From: Cirrosporium novae-zelandiae
Taxonomy: Eukaryota
DNA length: 64,000 nucleotides
Assembly: GCA_026023565.1 (NCBI GenBank)
Contig: JAPETS010000033.1
Span: 248,001 to 312,000, forward strand
Direction of reading: 5' to 3'
A program made the translations under genes and the position numbers. How positions within the stretch are numbered: position 1 is the first letter of the stretch; every line of letters begins with the position of its first letter. Shown here one piece after another: positions 27,832 to 38,194 of the stretch. The notes beneath the pieces are model-generated. The model had not been told where the DNA came from and did not search any database. It saw only the letters and a list, made by a program, of their open reading frames with translations.

Positions 27832-28350
27832 ATGAAGGCCTTATTATTAGAGCCTACAGAAATTAAGACCGCCCCTCCAACTTGTCAAAGCGAGGATCCT
27901 CTTCCAAAGAGCTCCTGTACCATGGTAGCTATTATCTCGGCCGTCGCTCCTCGTACGTAACGTCAATACAGTGTTAAATTAAATTATTACTGACACGATC
28001 ATCTATCTAATCTAGCCAGCAATGATGAACACCTCGCCCTTCCTTTGAGCACAAATAGCAGCGATAAACACCTTACCCCTTCCTTGAGCGCAAGTGGCAC
28101 TGTTTCGGTTCAAAGCAATCTCAATCAAGCTTCTGAGAATGCTTCCCAGTTCAATGCACCGGTCTCGAAAGACTCTGTCTGCTATTCAGCTTTTCGTGAG
28201 ATCAAAGCTACAGAAAACAGCGCTAAGGGAAGCTCCCTTCAGCTCAATAGCTTTTGTTCAGACGCAAATGGGGTTGCCACCATCATGAACGCCAAGGTCG
28301 CCAACGCCACCAGCCATGTCATACGGCATCCTCCTAGCCAAGGACCTTAG
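27832..28350 (+). CDS. Small protein (about 151 aa), or the surviving 3' end of a decayed gene, with a paired amyloid-like motif; intron 27953-28015
   Basis: GTACGT...CTGAC...TAG intron joins MKALLLEP...AVAP to SNDEHL...; carries NQASENASQFNAPV and NSAKGSSLQLNSFC. Upstream sequence (about 27420-27830) looks coding but is interrupted by stops. Confidence 0.55.
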
Positions 28351-29296
28351 GCCCTTCTTTAGTGCTAGTTATTTTGCTTGTGGGAAACCCTTTGCACTGG
28401 ACACCAACGTTTGATTGAGATGGTGAAGGAGTTACATAACAGGAGGGGAAGGTGTTGCAGGGAGTTGGTCACTCCCAGTCACGTCTTAGCAAGAAATAAT
28501 CAACTGATTGTCACCTTTATCAAAAGGGTGGTCTACTTACTGTCACTACTATCTTGAAATCCCATCTACCAAATGAAAGCCTTTCTTAGTATTTTCGTGT
28601 GTTTTATTAATAGCTACTCAGATACTCGAGTAGTTATGATGATATCTGGTTTGACGTTAGTAGGCCCAACATGCGGGAAGTAAAGTTCTTATTAGACAGT
28701 TTTTCCGTGGGTTTGTCACAACACTTAGCATACGGTCATTGAACGTAACAATCCACGTGGAGTAAATATTCACCTTGTTTATCTTATAGCATTGGGGGAA
28801 CTCTTATTCTCAGAGGATTATGGCTTTAGAAAGACAGCCACTTTTAGTAAAATTATAGGTAGGCGTGGTAATTCAACGCGTTTATAACTGTTTCAAAAAC
28901 TTTTATTTCAAGTTCTTCCAGACCTTGATTGCCCAAGGTTGATTTTGGTCTATCACATGTGTGTATATATATATATAGTATATATACTTAGGATGTTGCT
29001 GCAGTAGATACCTGCTTAGTATATTTTTGATTTCTTTTGGATTAGATAAAGGATTAATAGATAAAATCACGCGGAGATAAAATAAAGTGTTGTGAATCGG
29101 GTGTAAAAATCTTTCCGCACTCCGCACGGCCTAGGATAAGGGCTTTATCTAGGTGTAACTTGATGTGGGTTGTATTTAGTTAATGATCTAAAGTCTAAGG
29201 TAGAGAGCTCACTTTATAAGGTGAGCCTTAGGGCATATGCCCTCGCAGCCTAGCCTAATAGGGAACCGTAATACTCTAATTAATAATTAAAATTTG

Positions 29297-29389
29297 GGTC
29301 GGTCTATCAAAAAATTTGGTCTGGTTGGTTAAGGTCTATAGACTGTCTATGGTAGACCGTTTATTTGGTCCGGTCTATTGCCAACACTA
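29297..29389. mobile_element. Terminal fragment of a TAGACC/GGTCTA-repeat DNA transposon family
   Basis: Ends ...GGTCCGGTCTATTGCCAACACTA, nearly the same as the end at 36237; subterminal GGTCT repeats. Confidence 0.6.
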
Positions 29390-30296
29390 TAATAACAATG
29401 GCACTGGGGCCCTCCTAAGCAGCTAGGAGGAGGAGCGTAATTTATGTATCGTTTGTCTGCAAGCATCAGGATGGCCGTAGTGTCTGGTAATGGTGACTTT
29501 TTTCAACACTGAACACTAGTGAATACCCGACACTTGCGGCTACCCTAGCAAGCACAGACCCCTCGCGGGGTATATATACATACTCGAGTAGCCTTGGGCT
29601 AGAAATCTTCATGCTTTTACAACTCATAAATCCTGCCCCAATAGCACTATTTCCCTAATAGGATAATATACTACACTTTTAGAAGTTAAGTCTTATCGAA
29701 CATAACAGAGCTGATATATATATGCACTGTAACATGAGCTGATTAGTCTTTTTTCTAATAAAGGCAAGTGATCTGTAATGCGTTGGCTTTGCATGAAGCT
29801 TGTATAGAAACGAGGCGTAAAATTCACGCCATAAATTAAGACAGAAACGATGAGTAATGCCCTATACTGCCCATCAATGCCGCTCGTTGGTAGAGGTGTC
29901 ATGTAAAGATTATAATACCACAGTCAGGGAAGGGAATAGACCACACCAGACCGGTCTGAAGGTGATTATTGTTGCGGGAACTTTATTATTGCAGCAACCG
30001 TCGTGAACATCCTTACTGCCGATTTGTGCCGTCCCAACATGAGGTTATTATGTTAAAGCGGAATCAGGCATAAAGCTTTTAATACATAATATTGAACCTT
30101 ATCATTAGATCAATAAACCTGTCAGCCTTACTCACCTGGTTATACGTTGTCAGAACAGTTATAACCAAAAAGTATTATATCCGAAAGCCTCATTTCTATC
30201 TTAGTAAATTGCTTTCGTCTTTGGCACATATTCATTATCAATTTGCCCTTTTATTATCCTTCCTCTTCTCGTGCAACTTAAAATATACTAAGATTT

Positions 30297-31268
30297 ATGG
30301 TGAATTCATTGGAATCTAATATAAATAAAAATCTCACTAACAATATATTCTAGTCCGGTCTCGAAGTTCTTGGGGCTGCTTCTGCTGCGTTAGCCTTATT
30401 AGAATCAGCGTTGCGCATTATCGGGCACGTTCGCAAGGCTTATCGACGCCAAAAAAACTTTACAACAGTCCTTGATCGCCACAATCATGAACTTAAGGAC
30501 ATAAAGACCATTATCGCAGTAACTGAACATGAAAAGGCGCTAAGAACAGAAGCTGTTACTTCTGAATTGATTAAAATCAAAGCTATTGGACAGAGGCTGG
30601 TAGATCATCTAAATACTTTGGCACCACAGGATAAAAGAATTATGCGTCAATTTACCGATCAGTTAATAAATGGGTCAAAAAATGAAACCATACTAGCCAA
30701 TGTTATGGATGAACTCTCTCGCGCAAAGTCCAACCTTAGTCTGTATATTCAAGTTGCCAATGTTGGGTTGACATGCACTGTTGAGGGTATCTTCATCGTG
30801 AACGCCATAGCTGTTAGCCGAATCGACAGTCTCGTTCAGCAAATACTTGGTCAAGGACAAGGACTTGAAATTGCTGAATTTCTTAGAGACCGATCTTTTC
30901 AAAGTATGTTTCACAATCTAATATCTTTAAAAAAAAACTGACAATGAATAGATGATAATATAGTGACCCTGACCGACGCCGATATGAAATCTTTCTGTGA
31001 TAGAGTGGCAGCTATTACTAGCGATCTAAACGCTTCTGCAAGCTCTTCAACCGACGCAAACCTCGATACCTCGCGGACCGTTCTGAATAATTCGACGGAA
31101 GGCCAAGCTTTACAGATCAATGGTGCAGTTGGGGAGAAAGGTTGGTGGGAGGTTAAGCACCTCACGATCAAGGACAATAAAGCTATTGAGGAGAGTATAC
31201 AGATTAATCATGGAATCTCTATGGATGTATTCAATCGTTTATTGGGCTCTAGAGCTGTGTCGATCTAG
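30297..31268 (+). CDS. HeLo/SesA-like N-terminal domain plus C-terminal two-repeat amyloid-like motif (about 289 aa); ATG-only first exon, introns 30300-30353 and 30904-30951
   Basis: Spliced start MSGLEVLGAASAALALLESALRIIGHV (hydrophobic first helix), helical domain, S/T linker, then NNSTEGQALQINGAV and DNKAIEESIQINHGI. Both introns are canonical and keep the frame. Confidence 0.8.
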
Positions 31269-31488
31269 AGATGGTTCTTTGGAATGATTGTCTTGGCATC
31301 AGGGTTGGGAATGGACCAGACCGTCGGTCCCATAGGCCGCGCGAAACATGGAAAAGGTTGTACATCTTGATTCACAATATATTATTTAATCTTCACGTGA
31401 TTTTATTTAATCAATTATCTAATCTATAATCTAATCTAAATAAAATGAAAAATATAATTCCATTAGTAGTATCCTAAGTACTTAGGTA

Positions 31489-31692
31489 TCTCCTAAACTG
31501 GCTTCCCATGTCACACGCTTGCAGGGGGGGTAATGCTGAAAGGTTTATTGGTTCAATGATAAGATCTTAAGGCTCAATGGTATTCATCAAAGAACTTGAT
31601 GCCTGACCCAGCCTGGAAATGGTTATCTGACTTATTATAATCCTTACATAACACCCCTACAAGCGTGCGACATTGGAAGCCAGTTTAAGAGA
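31489..31692 (+). mobile_element. MITE of about 204 bp, copy 1 (Tc1/mariner-like, TA target)
   Basis: Terminal inverted repeats of about 35 bp: TCTCCTAAACTGGCTTCCCATGTCACACGCTTGCAG / CTACAAGCGTGCGACATTGGAAGCCAGTTTAAGAGA; preceded by TA. Confidence 0.8.
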
Positions 31693-31894
31693 TGATAGCC
31701 TTTCTGACTTATTAACGCAGGTGGCGTAAGGCTAACAGTTTGATTGTCAAAGAGATTTACGAAGACTTCAAGGATGCGCGTTCGTGTCTCGCTTGCTGCT
31801 TTAAAGGCTCTTGGATAAAAGCCTCACCCAAGTTTTATATATTTGCCCTTGAAATTTTTAGCATTGGCCCCGAAGTTTTTAATATTTTCTATTA

Positions 31895-32090
31895 TCTCCT
31901 AAACTGGTTTTCCATATCATACGCTTGTAGGTGTATCATATAAGAATTATAATAGTTCGGATAATTATTTCCAGGCAGAATCAGCTATCAAGTTTTTTGA
32001 TAAATAAAATTGAGCCTCAAAAATTTATTATTGGACCAATAAACCTTTCAGTATAGACTACAAGCGTGTGACATAAACCAGTTTAGGAGA
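31895..32090 (-). mobile_element. MITE of about 196 bp, copy 2, inverted relative to copy 1
   Basis: TA|TCTCCTAAACTGG...CCAGTTTAGGAGA|TA; its reverse complement aligns with copy 1 over the whole length. Confidence 0.82.
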
Positions 32091-32107
32091 TAGTTTAGCA
32101 ACGATAT

Positions 32108-32260
32108 TGTTACGGTCCCCTATTATATTCCCGATCGAGTTAGACTGCTAGGGCATATACCTGAGCACCATTTCGATAACTTGAGCTCCCCACCCTAGGT
32201 TCCTAGACCTCAGTCATCAATATCCACACCAGCTATACCCCTATCTTAGGCGTTGTAACA
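32108..32260. mobile_element. Probable short or internally deleted solo LTR
   Basis: Bounded by TGTTAC...GTAACA; flanks GATAT and AACAT differ only by transitions, so a decayed 5-bp target-site duplication is possible. Confidence 0.45.
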
Positions 32261-32281
32261 AACATATAGACAATAAAATAA

Positions 32282-32343
32282 ATCATTATCATCATTATCA
32301 TTATTATTATTATTATCATTATTATCATTATTATCATTATCAT
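32282..32343. repeat. (ATC/ATT)n microsatellite
   Basis: Directly visible. Confidence 0.9.
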
Positions 32344-32441
32344 AAATCTATAACCTCTCCTTCACTGCCCTAATCAAACATAGGAACGGAATCTAAAACT
32401 TACCACAAGCACGACACACCTGGTACCATGTAAAGGTGGGC

Positions 32442-33274
32442 TTAGTCGCGTCCTAGGGGGAAGGAATAACTGTGTCCTGGGCGGAAAGGATACCCATATC
32501 TTGGAGAAAAAGGACAACCATATCCTGGTGGATATGGATAGTTATATCCTGGGGGATAGGGATAGTTATATCCTGGGGGATAGGGATATCCTGGGGGATA
32601 GTTATATCCTGGGGGATAGGGATATCCTGGGGGATAGTTATATCCTGGGGGATAGGGATAGTTATGTCCTGGAGGATAGGCATAGCCGGGTCCTGGAGGG
32701 TATGTAGACATGCTCATGTTCTGGGGGATAAGTGTCGGAGGCCTTTCTACCGAGAGGCCGTTCACCTGGGAGCTTTGCCCCCCCGCCACGTTGTTTCGAC
32801 TCTCGATGCTAATAGAAGGTAGAACGGACGTTTGGTCATTGTAAATTATTCCATTGATCTGGGTAGCCGTTCCATAAGCGTGATTACGAGTAGATACAAT
32901 GCTGCCAGCAAAACTTATATTCGGTTGAGGGGTGGTAAATTGCTCATCGTTCACTAGATTGGATATTAGTATTAGTAACGGTTTAGTTTCATAAGATGTA
33001 CTGAAAGTGGTTACATACCAGGCATCTGGCTCGTGGTAGTATCCGGACTCGCAACATCAGGATCTTCGGTAAGGGTCGCTGGAGATTGGAGCTCGGATCG
33101 AGGACTGGAAGTGGCCGTCTCGATTTTCGCGATAGTTTGACCATCGGTATAGGGTACCAGATATTGGGATTTGCTTGAAGAGTCGAGAATAGGTATCTCG
33201 GTTGTCACGGTACTATCATCCTCGGTACGGGGTACTGAAATTTGGAGTTTGTTTGGAGGATCAGGGCTTGGCAT
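32442..33274 (-). CDS. About 255-aa low-complexity protein: S/T/P-rich N-terminus, paired amyloid-like motif, C-terminal YPPG repeats; intron 33018-32954
   Basis: GTATGT...CTAAT...TAG intron joins ...TTTSQMP to VNDEQF... in frame; contains RNHAYGTATQINGII and RNNVAGGQSSQVNGLS, then seven PPGY repeats. Confidence 0.75.
32520..32702 (-). repeat. Coding minisatellite encoding (YPPGY[N/P]) repeats
   Basis: Recurring TATCCTGGGGGATAG units on the plus strand. Confidence 0.9.
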
Positions 33275-33823
33275 CTCGATTGTCGTGACGAGGATTTGTA
33301 ATTCAAAACTTTGAACGGTTTAGACTATATTCAAGAATATAAAATACTAGTTGATGACACCTTAGTGAGGCAAGACCATTAAGAGGAGAGATTTTTGATA
33401 GTAGAATATTTAAGATGCGGACTAGCTAGGGGTATATATTGGAGGGTCGGCTCATAAAGTATCACTACAAAGTACTGTACTGTGCAAAATCCTTCTAATC
33501 CTAGGTAAGGCTGGTGGGAAGTGTTAGCCCTAGGCAGCCGAATAACACTCGAGTATGTTCTTATGATCATACTTTCATTAGCTTGTGCGACATAATAATG
33601 ATATATTAACGATATACCAACCTATAGAATTTCAATATCAACAAGTCCTACAAGTACTTTAACGGGAAAGCTTAATTTATGAAAACAGCGCCCAGTACTA
33701 AGGCAGGATATTAAGCCTAACGCCCTATTCTAACAACGTAAATCGGGCTCTTTCAAGTCATGAGTTCAAATTCTTCAAGGGATATTCCGGCTCACGTAGT
33801 GACGCCCTATAGGGACTTGGCAT

Positions 33824-36237
33824 CAGGGAAGAGAATGAACCAGACCAAATAGACGGTCTAACCACGATCGACTAGACCGACCAGACCTTCATTTCCCAAG
33901 GTCTATTTAGTCTATGTCTATCATGTAGATATATAATATTAGAATGTTTAGGATACTAATAGAATTATACATAGTCAATCCTAGAATAATTGTTAGCTTG
34001 CCCTATTTTGACAGAGGTCTTAGCTGTCTGCATTTTAACTGCTCCCCCTACAATTTTCTATATAACTACCCTGGAATTTTGTATGTGAACCTCCTGTATC
34101 TATAACAGCCTGATATCTCTTTCCTATATAAGTAGTTGTGAAATAGGGGTAAACCATTTTTCCGCGTTCCGCACCAACTAGACTAAACCTCTCCGTCTAT
34201 AGACTAACTGAACATGCTTGCCCAGCATCATCCTCAAAAAATCTTTTCTCATTGACATCGACGGTTCGTTTATCAAGCCATATAGAAACGAATATTTTCT
34301 AAATACTATCACTTCAATTCTTGATAAACTTGTAAAAACTACACGCATTCAAAAATTCTCTGACGAATTTTACATGATGAAAAAGCAGGGATGGCTAGAA
34401 CTGAAGAGGATTTTTCTACAATTATCAGGGCACAATAAGAAGCACTGACAAGCATCTAATCATTAGGGCGTTCTCAATCACGCAGAATTCGTATACCAGT
34501 TCTTCAAAGCCTTGCTAGGAGTTGGGGCACACTCCATGAAGCAAAGTTCTTGAACTATACCGAACCCGCCAAATGGTAGAAGCTGTCTCTACTCTATACG
34601 CCTATATAATCAAGCCTCTTCATCAGTCTTTCAAATGGTACAATAGAAGTCCAGCGGTGAGATTGTTCGCTGCTGTCTACAGCCCTTCGAACTCAATTAC
34701 AAGGATACAGTCGAAAAAATAAGGAAGCGCATCGATGATATGGTCAACCTCACTAGTATAGCAGCGAAAGCAGAAAAGAGAGATATTCATAGGGAAGTAT
34801 GTATGGAACGGACTGAGAATGCTCCTGCGACTACCGATATTATGAATGTATTTCTGAGCGAAATCTCAAAGCAACACAACGACCATCAGAGGCAAAATAT
34901 AATCTTAGAACGATTGATCCACCAATTTGACGAACTTGTGAAAGATGCAATGAGTTGATTATTTTTATTTATTGGCTTTCTTCTCCCGACCTTGCCACAA
35001 GAATAGAACCCTAACAGCTGAATAGTCACCAATTCTATCAATAATAAGGTCGACAATAAGAGATCAGCAGACTAAATTCTAGATCCACAGGTGCAGGATA
35101 GCCCCATAATGTGACAAAGAGGACGAGAGCTTCTCGATCGATTTCTGTTCTTTCTTCGTGGATGGACAGGAGACGCAGTATCTGTCCTAAGCACCTATTA
35201 CTTCCTGCTTGACCTGGGCCATGCCATTGCGATACTCAATCCATGAGCGGGTGAAGCAACTGGAACAATACCTATGGGCTTCATTAGAACTAGCCGACGC
35301 TCAAGTGAATCTGTGGTTAGTCGAGGCACAATTCAATAGGTTGAAAGCCTTAAAGGAAGACAGCGAAAGAGAGGGACCAGACAGACCAGATGGGTCCCCC
35401 TCGGTCTGATCCGTCTATGAAAATTGAAAGCTCGGTCTAGTCGGTTAGACTGACTACACCCTCAAGGAAATAATATTTTTGGAACGAGAGCCTAGTTTTC
35501 TGCAGTCTAAAGGTTCACCGAAATTGCAGCACAGACCCCTTCTTTTCTTTTTTTCAAGTATGTATCAGCTTTCAGAGACAAGATAAGAATTTACCCCAAG
35601 ATTTGAGACCAAAGAAATCTGGCAGCTATCCGTATTGAGGAGCGTTTAATCATTCTTCATCCGGACTATCGCGTTGGTCTGCAAGCTAGGACTGACAATA
35701 TTCGACCGTCGTTGCAAGAGTTAAGAATGGGATTCTTATATATCTAAGCTTTATGTAGTTGCAAAGAATTGGGGCACGTCAATCAGATTCAATTTTTGCA
35801 GTGGAATAAATATTTTATTCATAGATATATGTCGTAACCTGCAGGACCATGGAAGAGGCATGAATCAGACTATTTATTACCTTTAAAGGCCTTCAAATCT
35901 AAAGCCTAGGTACTATAGACATGCGGTAGACACACACCGTCACAAGGGCTTTAAATCTCAACACTAGACTGTCTCAAAAGCAAGATTTCTTTCAGTGAAT
36001 ATCCTCTAAATGTACAGTACTCGGCCATCATCAAATTCCCTACGACTCTACGGGAGAGATTAGAATAATGATTTAGCCAAGCTAAAGAATGGTTGATAAT
36101 ACTGAAGTACTTGATTACTTAACTGGTTATCTGGAATAATTCGTATTTATATAGACCAAATAGACCTTGGACAATCAAGGTCTGGTCGGTCTAAGGTCTA
36201 TAGACCGTCTATTTGGCCCAGTCTATTGCCAACACTG
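33824..36237. mobile_element. Possible non-autonomous TIR element (hAT-like ends) about 2.4 kb long
   Basis: 33824-33920 and 36151-36237 are inverted repeats (AGACCAAATAGACGGTCTA...AGACCGACCAGACCTT...CCAAGGTCTATTT); ends CAGGG.../...CACTG. No target-site duplication found. Confidence 0.5.
34467..34958 (+). pseudogene. Frameshifted fragment resembling the N-terminal helical domain found upstream of NACHT in fungal NLR/STAND proteins
   Basis: Across three frameshifts it reads GVLNHAEFVYQFFKALLGVG / LHEAKF / ELYRTRQMVEAVSTLYAYIIKPLHQSFKWYNRSPAVRLFAAV / LQPFELNYKDTVEKIRKRIDDMVNLTSIAAKAEKRDIH. No P-loop seen downstream. Confidence 0.6.
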
Positions 36238-38194
36238 AGATCTATGGATGGATGGAGAAGATGTATGGAATATCTTTGATCAGGTGGGTGCCCCTTCCTG
36301 ATCTATATATATAGCACCGGGAGCTAGATCGTGTTGGAGATTGACATGTTGAACCGTCGCCGGGTGAAGCTGATGATACATGTCGTAGTCTACCATATAA
36401 TTGGAATTGAGCTAGACACAGCAGTTCTTATAGTTAAACCTTGTTTTTCTAACATCTCCTTCTTCAAATTAAAGGTAGCAAAATCTTAAGAGATAATAAG
36501 GGCAGGGGGTGTTATTGGTACAAGTACCTCCGAAGAGTTATGAGGCTAGGTAACACGGAATGTGTGATTTTTGCGGTAGAAAACACCCGTTAAAGGCCCA
36601 GGAGTAGTATTTTAGATCTTGAATGGGGTTGCCGCAGACTGTAAATGGCCATTCAGAGCACTTGTACGCACGGGTGTGTTAGATGTGGTTCCTCTCGAGA
36701 ATATATGCTCAGCCTCTCCGAATTCTGAACCGTATATGTCGTCTGGACATACTCAAGCATTGTCGTGATAAAGTCCTGAAAACCCTGGCTCTTTACTCTC
36801 TGAGACTTGGTGAAGAACTATTCGATAAGTGATACAGTTGTTTGTATGGTGAATGGAATATCTGAGATATCTTCTACCTAGAAAATGGGGCAGGAGCAGA
36901 GGCTACAAGATCTTTGAGGTCTTTGCGGAAATTTCTAGGCAAGATCTTCAACTTTTCGGACATAGGGCGAGCCTGTTCGGCGTCCTGAACTAGGCCCTAG
37001 GAGTAGACGCGGGGGGGGGGGCTTCTCAAGCTGAAACTTCATCATCTGGCAGTACCTTCTGCGACTGTAGTTCTTGTAACCCACAAAGGCTGCAGTTTCC
37101 TGACACTGACGGTATTATTTCAAGCAAGAAGTTGGAAATTTGCCTCTGAGAGTGGTGCGGCTTGTGTCGCCTGCAAAATAGCTGTGGTATATCGACGTGA
37201 CAACTCAACATGGCATGATCTTGACAATGTTCTTTAGTCCACGGATATGATGTATCTCCAATTCTATGAATCTCACTGCCACCCATATCATCATCAAAAC
37301 TATCCTTTAAACTCAGACCCAGAATCGGACTCGTTCTGTACACCATCCTGTTGATGGAGAGATTCGCAGCAAATTACCTGATCAATCGTCAACCACTTTT
37401 ACTAAAGATTCTAATTATTTCTTCCATCTTTCACCTCATCGTTATAGTTCTTACGCACCGCAATACCTCTCAAATCCTATAGCCCGTTAAGTAGGATTTC
37501 GTTTTCCTTCTTCAAGTTGACTGGTTTTTTGGGATAGTAGTGAGGAATCAAGTTGATTGCCCGTAGTAGATGGTGGATATGATGTCAATCCTGTTACTGT
37601 GAGAGGACACTCCGAGAGGACACTGGGGTTATGTTCATGTCCCATGTATATGATGAGGCAGCAAAATAAAATCTGTCACGACTGCACATGAGATAAACTA
37701 GCAAGTCTGTATCACACGAATCTGAGAACCATCAAGACTGGTTAATCCTTAATAGGTATCTCAAATGAAAGCTGAAATTGTGAAGCCAACTCCCATTCCC
37801 GTTCAAAGCAACCAACAAAAGCTGCATATTGTCGAGGTACTTAGTACCTCCCAGAATTATTCGGGCATATCAACGTAAATAGGGGTGTCAGTTGTAGGTA
37901 TTACTCGAGTATAACCGGTATTTTTAGTTTCGTTACTCTTGCCCTTTTTTATAAAAGCTTCATCTCTGCAAATCAGCGAAATATAGCTCTAGCTAGATTT
38001 AGGGATCCACAGCCCCTTGTTTCTCTGATTAATTCAGGGATCGACCCTAGTTCCTGAAACCCCCAGTGTGCTCGGCCCACACCAAAGTCTTGCCCCACAA
38101 TAATCAACGTCATCATTTCTAACGTGACAATTCGCGACACCAAAACGCGAGGTTCGGATGTCCTGGATACTCGGCGCAGACAAAACTGCTCGTT

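Noticed and set aside
32520..32702. CRISPR-like appearance of the regular repeats
   Set aside because: No unique spacers, eukaryotic context, and the repeats are coding.
32453..32822. Repetitive alternative-frame ORFs (PQDIT, ISWGIG and ILGDRD repeats)
   Set aside because: Other frames of the YPPG minisatellite; only the YPPG frame splices to an upstream exon and carries the shared motif.
36500..37350. Coding-like relic (e.g. FCDCSSCNPQ on the plus strand)
   Set aside because: Too many stops and frameshifts to define a gene or family.
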